NCBI GenBank assembly: GCA_964486725.1
Contig: CAZAOK010000006.1
Span: forward strand, 1,121 to 65,120
DNA length: 64,000 nucleotides
Source: an uncultured Leptospiraceae bacterium
Lineage (GTDB): Bacteria > Spirochaetota > UBA4802 > UB4802
Direction: 5' to 3'
Position 1 is the first letter of the stretch, and each line of letters begins with the position of its first letter. The notes beneath the pieces were generated by a model that made no database searches, was not told the origin of the DNA, and saw nothing but the letters and a program-made list of their open reading frames with translations. Shown piece by piece: positions 1 to 10,779 of the stretch. The position numbers and the translations under genes were made by a program.

Positions 1-321
1 CGCACTGATATCGTCAAACCCCATACGTTTTCCGTATATCACTGAGCCAAGCACCTGGTTTGAACCCAGGGCTCCCCAGGTTACCAATGACTTACGCCCC
101 CGTGAGATGGCATCGGGAATGATCCATTCCATCATCCTGCACTTGTTTCCTCCATAAACGCAGGAAGCCTCATCATCACGCTTTATCCAAATACCGGCAC
201 CGGTCCTCTTGCTTACTTCATCCAGCCTGTGCACACGGCTGGGATACTCACCCAGGCGGCAAAAGGGGATCTTCCCATTGAGTTGTGGATACTTTTCAAA
301 CAACAGGGGAGTTTTTCCCAT
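1..321 (-). CDS. D-cysteine desulfhydrase / ACC deaminase family PLP enzyme, N-terminal part (gene continues beyond window start)
   Basis: Minus-strand translation from ATG at 319-321 gives MGKTPLLFEKYPQLNGK...IWIKRDDEASCVYGGNKCRMMEW; the KRDD...GGNK motif is typical of this PLP family. Confidence 0.65.
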   Translation of the reverse strand, partial: MGKTPLLFEKYPQLNGKIPFCRLGEYPSRVHRLDEVSKRTGAGIWIKRDDEASCVYGGNKCRMMEWIIPDAISRGRKSLVTWGALGSNQVLGSVIYGKRMGFDDISA

Positions 322-535
322 CAGACAATCCTTTCATGTTATGTGGTTTAACCAGTAATTGATTAGTGATCATTTTGGAAAGGAATTCATGGGAAAGCAA
401 TAATATTTTTATGATTTTAAGTGGCCAATACACAGGAGAGTAAATAAAAACCCGGCAACGGAATATGAATGTATTCCGCCGCCAGGTTCATAAGTAAATA
501 CCATATAATGAGGCTATTGCCGGTTTTACAGCAAT

Positions 536-2677
536 TTAGAACGACATTTCACACCCAAGGTAATATGTCCGTGGTTTTACCGGACCGTATACGTACCCGG
601 CATCACGTTCATTATCTTCGTCAAGATCATCCTGGAACTGGTCGGTAATATTATCTACTCCACCGAACACAACCAGTGTTCTGTTGTTGTCAACCTGCCA
701 GGCGTATTCAAGCCTGGTATTCAGCACAACGAAGGTTTCTGTTTCTTCAAGCTTATTACTGGCAAGCCCCACATCATGCTCAACTTTCTGGCTGCCGATA
801 ATCTGGCTGCTTATAGACGCACTGAAGGCATCGTACATAAGTTTCAGCATGGCAAAACCGGTGTACTCGGGAACCCGCAGCAAGTCTTTTGTTTCTACAT
901 TGTCGTAGGTTTGCGTTTCGGGCAGTTTTGCTGTTGGTATCCAGGTGATCCCTGAAGAAAATGAAACGTGTTTTCCATAAATAAGAGAAAACTCCACGTT
1001 ACCACCAATGACCCTTGATATACCGGAAACATTATCACGAACATAATAATCATTGTTGGCATCCGAATACGACGGTGCCCCGTAGTCAACTTCAAGTTTG
1101 TCACGGATCTCGGTATAGAAGCCGCCAAAGGCAGCTTCAAGCATCAATGATCCCAGCATAATATCACCGCTGATATCACCTGAATAGGATACTGAACGTT
1201 CCACTTCGATATCATCCGCGTTAACGATAACCTGGTTTTTCGAACCGCCAGGTGCCAGTGTTACATCAATATGAAAGTCTTCGTCAAATATCTGCGGCGC
1301 TTTGAAACCGGTGGCCACCGTACCGCGAACACGCAGGTGATCTGATACGTTTACGATAGCACTGGTTCGCGGACTGAACTGCCACGTATCCACTTCACTG
1401 TGTTTATCCGCACGGATGCCGGCAACAACATTGAGAAGTGACCATGTAAGGTCATATTGCGCGAAAAGCCCACTGGTATGGTATACCTCGTCTATCACCC
1501 TGTCTGGTATGCTGGGGTTTTCGTCTTTAATGGCATCACGACTATACTCGCAGCCAATTGACAATATGTGCCCTTTCACAGGCGTAACGACTCCCTTAAC
1601 CCCGGTGATGTAATAGGGATTTTCTGTTCTTCCATACATGTCCAGATCTTCATCTTCGGTATCATCATCCGGGCTTTCAGCTGGTCCATAATATGTTTCA
1701 CGCATAGTCCTTGCGAATGCCGCGTATATGCTGTACTGGAACATGTCTGATACATCATGGTCAAGCTGAACGTCCCCATTTATCCTGTTTGTCCTGGCCT
1801 GTTCCCTGACATCAGCATCAAAAGGTTCACTATCAAGCCTGTTCCCACCCTTTCTGTCTTCGAACGTTGATATCAGGTTATATGACAATTCCATGTCCTT
1901 CACCAATGTCAGGTAACCACTACCCCCAAAATTTTTCAGCAGGGCCCTGCTCCTGTCGGTAAATCCGTCATCGTTCTCATCCCATTCATCCTGTTCTGTC
2001 TGTGAGCCGAAAAGAGCTATCCCGGCTTTACCATTCTGAGCAACCGAGGACACGTATCCGGAAACGGTACTTGCGAAAGCCTCGTCACCCCTGGTAAATT
2101 CACGCTTGTAGCTGATGCTTCCCTCGTTGGAAACCGGTTTCCTGGTAATGACGTTCACTACGCCGCCAATGGCACCCGAACCATAAAGGGACGATCCGGC
2201 ACCCTTCACCACTTCCACACGCTCAATAAGCTGCACGGGAAACTGCTGGAGATAATATACACCGGCAAGGGAAGAGACCACCGGGTAACCGTTCACCAGT
2301 ATCTGGGTGTAGTTACCTTCCAGTCCGTTTATACTTACGGTATTTGCGCCACAGTTCTGGCACTGGTTATCAGCCAGAATACCGCTTTCAGCATTCAGTG
2401 CCTCGAAAAGGTTGTTTGCCCCTTTCTCTTCAATCTTTTCCTTGCCTACTACCTCGGTTTTAACAGGAGACTTCCTGTATAGTTTCTTGGTCCCGGTACC
2501 GGTAAACACTACCCGGGCATTATCTTCATCACTACTTTTTTCAACTTTTTCTTCATTGCCTGTTTTCTCCTGTTCCACTGTAAAATCCTGCGCTGAAGAT
2601 TGTAATACGGTGGCAGCAAGAAAAATGCTGCATATGGTAAACATAAAAAGTGTTCTTAAATATCTAATTATTTTCAT
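536..2677 (-). CDS. TonB-dependent outer membrane receptor
   Basis: ORF 536..2716; signal peptide from MKIIRYL with GGAG RBS; plug and barrel motifs (VVKGAGSSLYGSGAIGGVVNV); C-terminal ...YYLGCEMSF aromatic end. Confidence 0.85.
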   Translation of the reverse strand: MKIIRYLRTLFMFTICSIFLAATVLQSSAQDFTVEQEKTGNEEKVEKSSDEDNARVVFTGTGTKKLYRKSPVKTEVVGKEKIEEKGANNLFEALNAESGILADNQCQNCGANTVSINGLEGNYTQILVNGYPVVSSLAGVYYLQQFPVQLIERVEVVKGAGSSLYGSGAIGGVVNVITRKPVSNEGSISYKREFTRGDEAFASTVSGYVSSVAQNGKAGIALFGSQTEQDEWDENDDGFTDRSRALLKNFGGSGYLTLVKDMELSYNLISTFEDRKGGNRLDSEPFDADVREQARTNRINGDVQLDHDVSDMFQYSIYAAFARTMRETYYGPAESPDDDTEDEDLDMYGRTENPYYITGVKGVVTPVKGHILSIGCEYSRDAIKDENPSIPDRVIDEVYHTSGLFAQYDLTWSLLNVVAGIRADKHSEVDTWQFSPRTSAIVNVSDHLRVRGTVATGFKAPQIFDEDFHIDVTLAPGGSKNQVIVNADDIEVERSVSYSGDISGDIMLGSLMLEAAFGGFYTEIRDKLEVDYGAPSYSDANNDYYVRDNVSGISRVIGGNVEFSLIYGKHVSFSSGITWIPTAKLPETQTYDNVETKDLLRVPEYTGFAMLKLMYDAFSASISSQIIGSQKVEHDVGLASNKLEETETFVVLNTRLEYAWQVDNNRTLVVFGGVDNITDQFQDDLDEDNERDAGYVYGPVKPRTYYLGCEMSF

Positions 2678-2804
2678 AAATATTCTCCATGCGTTAATGT
2701 TTTGATCATACGTCATCCTGCTCCATTGTTTTACCTTTTAGTGGAGTCCAGATTACACACCCGAAGGTGGTGCCATGTAATATCAATTTGTTCGTGTGTC
2801 CGGT

Positions 2805-3116
2805 TCAGGCCGCCATGTTAAGCGACTCACCGGCAATGGCTGGTGGGGACCGGATGGATTTGTACAACCGGAAATTTTCTTTACCTGATATAATTTCTTT
2901 CACAACCAGTATGGTGGAAATATATACCGGCACTTGACAATTATCAGTATAAGAAAGGATACCGGAGTTAAATACGGACATTGTTCTACAGAAAATGTCT
3001 GTATCCACACCCGGATGCGGGTCAAAAACTTCCCTGGGAAGTAAAAAGGTACAGGCGGTAATAATTGCCAGGATTAAAGCAGCACCTTTTTTTATTTCCC
3101 CGGTATTCAATCTCAT
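2805..3116 (-). CDS. hypothetical small protein, abuts tonB stop
   Basis: ORF only, 103 aa with one hydrophobic segment; no recognisable motif. Confidence 0.3.
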   Translation of the reverse strand: MRLNTGEIKKGAALILAIITACTFLLPREVFDPHPGVDTDIFCRTMSVFNSGILSYTDNCQVPVYISTILVVKEIISGKENFRLYKSIRSPPAIAGESLNMAA

Positions 3117-3682
3117 CAGTCTAACCTGAACTGTACTTCAACCTTGACTATCATCTGTTCATCTTCAATCGCCGGCGGGAAGGGGTGAAAAGGGTTAGCC
3201 CTTTGTATGCTTGCGATAGCAGCATCAGTCAGGGCCTGGTAGCGTGCCGGTCTGAGTATACCAACCTTCCGCACTTTCCCGTCATTGCCTACATACACTT
3301 TTAATAACACTGAACCCTGATGTCCCTGTTTCTGCTGCTGAATGGGGTATACCTTGCAAGCCTGGATCCTTGACACGAGGTAGGAAACATACCTGTTGCG
3401 AACATCCGATTCGGCGAGATTCTTTTCTTCATCTTCTTTTTTAGCTTCTTCTTCTGCCCGATCTTTCTCGGGTATACTGGATACTTTTTTTACGTGGTAT
3501 TTCTCCTGCTCCTGCTTCTTGTAGACGGTTATCAATTCGGATTCACCCAGATCAACTACGGAAACGCCAGCGGCCAGTATAAACAGCAATAACACCACGG
3601 GCATAATCAACCACAGAAATCTTCCCCTTTCCAGGCTGTCCAGGAAATCCATTCTTTTTACCCCGTCATTCATTCTTATCAT
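3116..3682 (-). CDS. tonB: energy transducer TonB
   Basis: N-terminal TM segment, charged EK-rich linker, C-terminal TonB domain (GSVLLKVYVGNDGKV...). Confidence 0.8.
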   Translation of the reverse strand: MIRMNDGVKRMDFLDSLERGRFLWLIMPVVLLLFILAAGVSVVDLGESELITVYKKQEQEKYHVKKVSSIPEKDRAEEEAKKEDEEKNLAESDVRNRYVSYLVSRIQACKVYPIQQQKQGHQGSVLLKVYVGNDGKVRKVGILRPARYQALTDAAIASIQRANPFHPFPPAIEDEQMIVKVEVQFRLD

Positions 3683-4067
3683 GCTCTATTGAAAAACTGG
3701 TTGCCCCGGCCATCTTGGCAATATCCAGGATATCAACGAACTGGCTGTAGCCGATTTTATCATCACCCCTGAATATTACGTCATATTTCCCAAGTCTTGC
3801 CATCTCAGCAGCAAGATATGATTGTAATTCATCTAACTGTACCATTTCCTTGTTCACGTATATCTCATTTTCGGCGGAAAATGTGACCACCAGGTCAACC
3901 TTTTCCAGCTTCTCTTCCTCGTACATGGCCTTTGGAAGCTCCATCTTCAGCAACGGTTTTATAAAATCCGAGCTCACCATGAAAAAAATGAGCAAAAGAA
4001 AGATGATATCCACAAGGGGGGTCACCTCTATACGAGGTGTTTCCTTCTTGGAGTGAATAAAATCCAT
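3666..4067 (-). CDS. exbD: biopolymer transport protein ExbD/TolR
   Basis: TPLVDIIFLLLIFFMVSS signature; start chosen at MDFIHSKK to avoid overlap with exbB. Confidence 0.8.
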   Translation of the reverse strand: MDFIHSKKETPRIEVTPLVDIIFLLLIFFMVSSDFIKPLLKMELPKAMYEEEKLEKVDLVVTFSAENEIYVNKEMVQLDELQSYLAAEMARLGKYDVIFRGDDKIGYSQFVDILDIAKMAGATSFSIEHDKNE

Positions 4068-4840
4068 TAGCACACCTCCCCGGGGCTGCCCGGCAGGTGT
4101 ACACATGCCCGTTCACCATTAGTACCAGTGTGCTCATCATTCTCAAGACCGGCACGGGTATCACCATCGCGTTGAAACTGAACCTGGTTTAAATAGGTAA
4201 CCACGTATCCCATCCTGTTGGTTCGAGCAGCCACTATTTTTTCAAAAAAGACGAATCCAAGCTGTGCCGGGATAGCCACCGTAAGACCGGCAGCGGTTGT
4301 AAGCATGGCTTCCCAGATACCTCCCGCAAGAGAGGCAACATCAACCTGTCCTCCCATGGTGGAAATAACCGAGAAGGATGTAATGATACCTGTAACGGTA
4401 CCGAGCAGTCCCAGCAGGGGAGCCACATGTGATATGGCAGTGAGTCCGCTCATGTGATTCTCCATCTTTTCAATCTCTTCAGAACCCACCCGTTTCAGTA
4501 TCTCATCCCTGGATCTCTGCCCGGTTGTTCTGTTCTCAAGGTAAGCCACCGCCATCTTTACATAAGGGCTTCTCTGCCATTTTATACTGGTTATCTTCGC
4601 TTTCAAGGAAGTGAACCAGTTCTTATCTTTGAAAGATTCCAAAACAGGGGGGGGCACGGGGAGCATACCGTCTCCCCAATTAAGGGTAATATCATCAATC
4701 ACCCGTGACTTGAATTTATCGTAATCAAGCCCGGTTATGAAAAAGTATAGGGCCCTCTCAATTATAATTGCGATGGTTATCAGGGCGCAGGCCATAATCG
4801 GCCACATGACAGGACCACCCTTTTGTATCAGTAAAAACAT
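4067..4840 (-). CDS. exbB: MotA/TolQ/ExbB proton channel protein
   Basis: MWPIMACALITIAIIIERALYF and later TM helices typical of ExbB. Confidence 0.8.
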   Translation of the reverse strand: MFLLIQKGGPVMWPIMACALITIAIIIERALYFFITGLDYDKFKSRVIDDITLNWGDGMLPVPPPVLESFKDKNWFTSLKAKITSIKWQRSPYVKMAVAYLENRTTGQRSRDEILKRVGSEEIEKMENHMSGLTAISHVAPLLGLLGTVTGIITSFSVISTMGGQVDVASLAGGIWEAMLTTAAGLTVAIPAQLGFVFFEKIVAARTNRMGYVVTYLNQVQFQRDGDTRAGLENDEHTGTNGERACVHLPGSPGEVC

Positions 4841-4980
4841 AATTCCTCCTTTTCACAGAACAGTAATATTACTATTTTATTTCCCTGTAGTTTTCTCATG
4901 CTATATTGTATAATAGGTTATTAACCAGCTTACTGTGACACATTATATCAAACAATGTTAGAGTCAACTAATTTTTTATT

Positions 4981-6003
4981 ATGGCCAAAACACACGCAAC
5001 AATACCCATATTCATACCCCACCTGGGATGCCCGCACAGGTGCGCCTTCTGCAACCAGGCAAGCACCAGCAATACCACTTCAATGCCTGGTAATTCTGAT
5101 ATTACCATTAAGATCAGCAGGTACCTTGCCACCATGCCTGCAAGCGTTACACACAGGGAAGTGGCCTTTTTCGGGGGCAGTTTCACCGGTATCCCTCGGG
5201 ACATGCAGCAGGATTACCTGCAGTCAGTTAACCCTTTTCTAACGAACGGTGAAATTAACGGTATTCGGCTTTCAACAAGGCCAGACTATATCGACAATGA
5301 TAAACTTTCTCTTTTAAGAGAACACGGGGTTACCACGGTTGAACTGGGAGTACAATCATTCAAGAACCATGTACTTGAACAATCACGCAGGGGACATACT
5401 GTATCAGACGTATATGCTGCATGTACGCATGTAAAGGATCACGGCTTACAGCTGGTCATCCAGTTGATGCCGGGACTTCCGGGAGAATCTGTTGATGACG
5501 CCATTCAATCGGCTGAAGAAGCCGTGAAACAAGGACCCGACGGGATACGGATATATCCTGCCATTGTACTTTCAGGCACTGAGCTTGAGAGACGATACCG
5601 TGATGGCACATACACACCAATGACGCTGGAAGAGGCCATTGCACGATGCACACCAATGTACGAAATGTTTACGGCAAAAAATATACCGGTGATCAGGCTG
5701 GGATTACACCCCTTTGACAATGCGCATCAGGATGCGATAATCGCCGGCCCTTACCATCCCGCATTCGGATTCATGGTAAAATCAAGATACCGCTACCGGC
5801 AACTTGCGAAAGTTATTCTTGAATTTACTACGACAAACATTCATATATCTGGAGATCTTCATATTCACATTCCCAAAGTACACGCCGAAGAATACATCGG
5901 GTACCGACGGGAGAATATATCAATGTTACAACAGGATTACCCACAATATAAAATAGCCTATTCCATCACCAGCGTTGACACCCCCGTACTGGAGACATTA
6001 TAA
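4981..6003 (+). CDS. radical SAM protein, ELP3-like / TIGR01212-like small family
   Basis: IPIFIPHLGCPHRCAFCNQ CxxxCxxC motif at N-terminus, about 340 aa. Confidence 0.7.
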   Translation: MAKTHATIPIFIPHLGCPHRCAFCNQASTSNTTSMPGNSDITIKISRYLATMPASVTHREVAFFGGSFTGIPRDMQQDYLQSVNPFLTNGEINGIRLSTRPDYIDNDKLSLLREHGVTTVELGVQSFKNHVLEQSRRGHTVSDVYAACTHVKDHGLQLVIQLMPGLPGESVDDAIQSAEEAVKQGPDGIRIYPAIVLSGTELERRYRDGTYTPMTLEEAIARCTPMYEMFTAKNIPVIRLGLHPFDNAHQDAIIAGPYHPAFGFMVKSRYRYRQLAKVILEFTTTNIHISGDLHIHIPKVHAEEYIGYRRENISMLQQDYPQYKIAYSITSVDTPVLETL

Positions 6004-6032
6004 TTATTGTATAAAACATACCGGAGGACTAA

Positions 6033-7913
6033 ATGAATTATAACCTGAAAGTACTTTTTATCGACGCTTCAACCGGCTTCTACAAGTTCAAACGATACCC
6101 CGTGGGTGATTTCTTCGGACCCGTTGACCTGGGACTTCACCTTACGGGCAAATACAATACATTAAATATCGGAAAGGGTATCCTGGCAGGATCAATCTTT
6201 CCAGGATCCAACCGTTTGTTTGTCACCGGGTTCTCTCCATGCTGGAGAGGATTTTACATCTCGTCGATGGGTGGTGCAGGACTGATTTTTGACAACCTTG
6301 GTATTGACCTGGTTTCCATTATGGGCAAGGCCCCTGCCCCTTCCATGATGTACCTGAACAGAAATCATGGTGAGGAGATTGAGGTACAGATTGATCCATT
6401 CAACCTTGAAAAGGTTTGGGAAGAAGGACGGGGCGGCGTGTATAACCTGATGGACTTTTCACTTTCCCACTATGGCCAGAGATATGAGAATGACCCGAGG
6501 GTACTTGCCACCGGCCCCGCGGCCATGGTTACCGATTTTGGCGCTATCGGCTCGGCCCCAGTCAAGAATGGAGTCGCCTCTTTCGTGGATACCTGGGCGG
6601 GACGTGGAGGTTTCGGTTCCAGTCTTCTGCAGGAACACGGTATAGCCTCTATCATTTACGGCGGCACCTTCATAGACGAGGATTTCAGGGAAAGAAACGT
6701 GGCGGACGAGTGGTTCAAGAACAAGTACAACAAGAAACTTGCCGCCAAAGATTTCGAAGCCACTACAAAGTACCGCTTCGATCCGAATTTTGATACGGGT
6801 GGAACTTTCGGTGTAAACTACGCTTCAGTGGGTGGAAGATTGCTGGCGTTTAATTACAACAGCATCTACATGACCGAAGAAGAACGCGTTACTATCCATG
6901 AAAAGTTCATCAAGAATCACTATCTCAGGCAGTTTAACGAAGAAACAATGAGTGACAAGAAAAACATGAAAAATTGCGGTGAACCGTGCGTGGCCGTATG
7001 CAAAAAAATGTTTGAAGGACACAAAAAAGACTACGAACCTTATCAAACCATGGGCCCGCTTTGCGGCATTTTTGACCAGCGAGCGGCTGAAAAATTAAAC
7101 CATTATGCCGACATGAATGGATTTGACGCTATTTCAGTTGGAGGTGTACTCTCGTGGATGATGGAGCTTCTGGACAAAAACCTTGTAACAAAAAAAGAAC
7201 TCGGCGTCAGCACGGTACCGGTTTTTTCACCGGATAATTTTGACGTAGTAACAGATTCAATGCACAACGCTGAACTGGGTGTGGAACTAATTGATTCAAT
7301 ATTGGAACAACGGGGCATAATAGACCTCAAAGAAGGAGCACGTAAATTTGCCCGTCGACTTTCCAGGCAAAAGGGGAAATCAATTATTGATTCCTTCGTG
7401 TTCATTTCAAACGGCCGCAAAGGCTGGATGGTACCTAACCAGTACTGGACACCCGGTGTTCTTTCTCCCATGGCCATTATGGGGAAGTATTACATGTATT
7501 ATGGAAATGATTTTGTTCCTCCAAGAACCCTTGGAAGAATGAACGCCCAGCGCATGATACAGGAACTGACAATGGACAACCTGGGTTTCTGCCGGTTCCA
7601 TCGCAACTGGGCCGAAGAGATGTTACCTGAAATAGTTGAATCGCTGTTTGGCATGGGCGCGCAGCTTGAAAAGTCCATACCGATGACTGCCAGCCGCATC
7701 AACAGCCGCAATGCATCTATCTTCTGGGAATCGCAGCGTAACACTGACTTCATTCATTCTTTTATCAGGCGACAAAAAGAAGTTGAGGGCACACGCCATG
7801 AAGAGCTTGACAACTGGCTCAACTTATTTGATGAAGATCAACATGAGGCAGCATACAGCTACTGGTTTGAGATCAGCAAGGGGATTCATGAATCATTGCA
7901 GGAATTCAAGTAA
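6033..7913 (+). CDS. aldehyde ferredoxin oxidoreductase (AOR) family protein, divergent
   Basis: N-terminal AFOR_N-like block (GILAGSIFPGSNRLFVTGFSPCWRGFYISSMGGAGLIFDNLGIDLVSIMGKAPAPSMMYL); Cys cluster CGEPCVAVC; GGAGG RBS. Confidence 0.6.
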   Translation: MNYNLKVLFIDASTGFYKFKRYPVGDFFGPVDLGLHLTGKYNTLNIGKGILAGSIFPGSNRLFVTGFSPCWRGFYISSMGGAGLIFDNLGIDLVSIMGKAPAPSMMYLNRNHGEEIEVQIDPFNLEKVWEEGRGGVYNLMDFSLSHYGQRYENDPRVLATGPAAMVTDFGAIGSAPVKNGVASFVDTWAGRGGFGSSLLQEHGIASIIYGGTFIDEDFRERNVADEWFKNKYNKKLAAKDFEATTKYRFDPNFDTGGTFGVNYASVGGRLLAFNYNSIYMTEEERVTIHEKFIKNHYLRQFNEETMSDKKNMKNCGEPCVAVCKKMFEGHKKDYEPYQTMGPLCGIFDQRAAEKLNHYADMNGFDAISVGGVLSWMMELLDKNLVTKKELGVSTVPVFSPDNFDVVTDSMHNAELGVELIDSILEQRGIIDLKEGARKFARRLSRQKGKSIIDSFVFISNGRKGWMVPNQYWTPGVLSPMAIMGKYYMYYGNDFVPPRTLGRMNAQRMIQELTMDNLGFCRFHRNWAEEMLPEIVESLFGMGAQLEKSIPMTASRINSRNASIFWESQRNTDFIHSFIRRQKEVEGTRHEELDNWLNLFDEDQHEAAYSYWFEISKGIHESLQEFK

Positions 7914-7927
7914 TACCGGAGAGACCA

Positions 7928-8824
7928 ATGCAAAATGATGACTTCCTGGCACGAATAGCATGCCAGGACTACAACATACGGATATTTGCCGCGCAAACAT
8001 TGAAACTGGCCAAAGAAATTTCTGGTATTCACAATACGGCACCCAACGCTACGGTTGCCATTGGCAGGCTGTTAAATGCGGCAATTCTGCTGGCCGGTTC
8101 ATCATTGAAATACCAATCAAGCCAGTCCATCTCTGTGAAGATTTCCGGCACCGGGCACATTAAAGAGCTCACCGCCCAGGTTGACGGCATGGGGAATGTC
8201 AGGGGATACGTTGCCAACCCAATGGCAGATATTGATGCCATGGCTGAAAAAATTGATATACCCGGTATCATCGGCAACGGTTTCTTAACCGTGGACAAGG
8301 ACCTCGGCCTGAAAGAACCATATAAAACTGTTATTCCATTATATCACAGCGATATAGCCATGGACATCACCCAATATCTTGCAGAATCAGAGCAAATTCC
8401 TTCAGCATTAATGATAGCACTGAACCTTGGAAAAGAAGGAGAGATCATCTCATCAGGTGGAATACTTATACAAACATTTCCCGGCACCCCGGAGAGTGTT
8501 ATTACAGAAATTGAAGAAAGAATGACCGGCTCTTCATTTTCACTGGATGAAACCCTTCGGCAGGGGAAAGATGTTTACGCGGGTGTTTCGGAAATTCTTG
8601 GAAACAGGCCCATAGAGATATTAAGCGAAACTCCCCTTTCTGCCAACTGCAGGTGCAGCAGGGAAATGCTGGAAAATGCCCTTAAAACCATAGACAAAAA
8701 TGAGATACAGAAGATGATAGAAGAGGACGGGGGTGCAGAGATGCATTGCTCTTTCTGCAATACGCGCTATGAATTTACTGAAGCCGAACTTCGTTCTATC
8801 ATCCAGCAAAATAACATCCATTAA
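7928..8824 (+). CDS. hslO: Hsp33 redox-regulated chaperone
   Basis: C-terminal CRCSRE...CSFCNTRYEF zinc-centre motif. Confidence 0.85.
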   Translation: MQNDDFLARIACQDYNIRIFAAQTLKLAKEISGIHNTAPNATVAIGRLLNAAILLAGSSLKYQSSQSISVKISGTGHIKELTAQVDGMGNVRGYVANPMADIDAMAEKIDIPGIIGNGFLTVDKDLGLKEPYKTVIPLYHSDIAMDITQYLAESEQIPSALMIALNLGKEGEIISSGGILIQTFPGTPESVITEIEERMTGSSFSLDETLRQGKDVYAGVSEILGNRPIEILSETPLSANCRCSREMLENALKTIDKNEIQKMIEEDGGAEMHCSFCNTRYEFTEAELRSIIQQNNIH

Positions 8825-8825
8825 G

Positions 8826-10241
8826 TTAGAGAATATACCGCGAGAGATCCTTATCCTTTACCGCGTCTTCAAGCTTCCCTCTCACGAACACGGCATCCAC
8901 ATTAATGTTATTTTCACCCACGGGGATATCCGGTGCGTCAAAAAGGATATCCTCGAGCATCTTTTCCATAATGGTGTGAAGGCGGCGGGCACCAATGTTC
9001 TCATGCTCCTCGTTGATCTGCCTGGCTATACGTGCTATCTCTTCTATGGCGTCATCCTTGAAGTCGAGTTCAACACCATCTGTACGCAGCAACTCCCTGT
9101 ACTGCCTGGTTAATGAATTTTTGGGTACAGTTAATATTTTCTTAAAATCATCTTCGCTCAATGAATCAAGTTCAACACGAATGGGAAAGCGTCCCTGTAG
9201 CTCTGGAATAAGATCTGATGGCTTAGCAACGTTAAATGCTCCTGCGGCAATAAAAAGTATATGGTTTGTCTGAACAGGGCCGAATTTAGTCGATACTGTT
9301 GTGCCTTCCACTATTGGCAGCAGGTCACGCTGTACCCCCTGCCTGGAAACATCAGGTCCCGCCCCTGAATCCTGTCCGGCAATTTTATCAATTTCGTCTA
9401 CAAACACGATTCCCATTTCTTCAACCCGGCGAAGGGCATCACGTGTAACTTTCTCCATGTCAATCAGCTTTTCTTTTTCTTCTGTCACGAATATACGCCT
9501 TGCGTCTTTTACGGTTATCTTTTGCTTTTTGGATTTTTTTGGCATTATATCACCCAGCATGGCCTGAAGCTGAATATCGATATCCTCAAGTCCCGAGCCG
9601 CCGAACACCGACATAACCGGCATTGTTGCCTGCGATTCTGACTCGTACTCAATTTCAAGCTCGTCAAGCCTCCCTTCTGCGAGGTCTTTCCTGTACTGCT
9701 CCCTCATGTCTTCCTCGATGGTCTCCTCTTCGTGATCAACAGCGTCGTTGTCCACCTGGAAACCAGTTGACCGGTCATCCCCGCCATGAAACATCGTCGT
9801 CGGCATAAGCAGGTCAATAATCCTCTCTTCGGCGTTTTTCACCGCCCGTTCCCCGTAGAATTCACCGTATTCGTTCTTTACCATATTGACAGAGATAGAG
9901 GTCAGGTCACGTATCATTGATTCAACGTCCCGGCCCACGTAGCCAACCTCTGTGTACTTGGTAATCTCAACCTTGATAAATGGGGCATTAACAAGCCTTG
10001 ATAACCTTCGGGCAATTTCGGTTTTCCCAACACCGGTGGGTCCTATCATTATAATGTTCTTGGGAGCAATCTCCTCCTGCATCTCCTGGTCCAGCTTTTT
10101 TCTTCTAGTCCTGTTACGAAGGGCAATGGCTACACTTTTTTTCGCGTCATTCTGTCCGATTATATATTTGTCCAACTCCCTGACTATTTCCCTGGGGGTC
10201 ATTGATTCAACCATCAGCTGCTGATCATTTACAGTATTCAT
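8826..10241 (-). CDS. hslU: ATP-dependent protease ATPase subunit HslU
   Basis: [17 protein letters not shown], Walker [15 protein letters not shown]; the ORF track's N-terminal extension would overlap hslV, so true start is likely M21 or M30. Confidence 0.9.
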   Translation of the reverse strand: MNTVNDQQLMVESMTPREIVRELDKYIIGQNDAKKSVAIALRNRTRRKKLDQEMQEEIAPKNIIMIGPTGVGKTEIARRLSRLVNAPFIKVEITKYTEVGYVGRDVESMIRDLTSISVNMVKNEYGEFYGERAVKNAEERIIDLLMPTTMFHGGDDRSTGFQVDNDAVDHEEETIEEDMREQYRKDLAEGRLDELEIEYESESQATMPVMSVFGGSGLEDIDIQLQAMLGDIMPKKSKKQKITVKDARRIFVTEEKEKLIDMEKVTRDALRRVEEMGIVFVDEIDKIAGQDSGAGPDVSRQGVQRDLLPIVEGTTVSTKFGPVQTNHILFIAAGAFNVAKPSDLIPELQGRFPIRVELDSLSEDDFKKILTVPKNSLTRQYRELLRTDGVELDFKDDAIEEIARIARQINEEHENIGARRLHTIMEKMLEDILFDAPDIPVGENNINVDAVFVRGKLEDAVKDKDLSRYIL

Positions 10242-10245
10242 GCAG

Positions 10246-10779
10246 TTATATTTCCTCGACAACAATATTTGAATTGGAATAAATACATATCTCGGCGGCA
10301 ATTTCCAGGGAATTTCTCACAATGGCTCCCGCATCCATGTCAGTATTACGAAAAAGTGATCTTGCGGCCGCCAGGGCATAACTGCCGCCAGAACCAACAG
10401 CAAGGATGCCATCATCAGGCTCAATAACTTCACCATTGCCACTGATCAGATACAGGCTTTCTGAATTACCGGCTATTAACACGGCCTCCAGCCTGCGCAG
10501 CATCTTATCTGTACGCCAGTCACGGGCAAGTTCAACCACAGCCCTGGGAAGATTTCCGGAGTATGTTTCAAGTTTTCCCTCAAACCGCTCGAAAAGGGTA
10601 AGGGCATCCGCGACAGATCCCGCGAAACCGCTCAACACCTTTTGATTATACAATGAACGGATCTTCACCGCCCTGGATTTAATCACGGTATCACCCAGTG
10701 TCACCTGGCCGTCACATCCCAGGGCCAGCGTGCCTTCTTTTCTCACTGCAAGAACTGTTGTACCTTTAAATTCATTCAT
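10246..10779 (-). CDS. hslV: ATP-dependent protease subunit HslV
   Basis: [10 protein letters not shown]...[17 protein letters not shown]. Confidence 0.9.
   Translation of the reverse strand: MNEFKGTTVLAVRKEGTLALGCDGQVTLGDTVIKSRAVKIRSLYNQKVLSGFAGSVADALTLFERFEGKLETYSGNLPRAVVELARDWRTDKMLRRLEAVLIAGNSESLYLISGNGEVIEPDDGILAVGSGGSYALAAARSLFRNTDMDAGAIVRNSLEIAAEICIYSNSNIVVEEI

Noticed and set aside
601-640. CQNCGAN motif in the TonB-dependent receptor plug as a possible metal site
   Set aside because: It is a single CxxC in a secreted beta-barrel protein and is most simply a disulfide; there is no supporting context.
10214-10301. N-terminal 20-29 residue extension of HslU from the ORF track
   Set aside because: The extension overlaps the hslV stop. 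HslU homologs begin at MxxMTPREIV, so an internal Met start is used.
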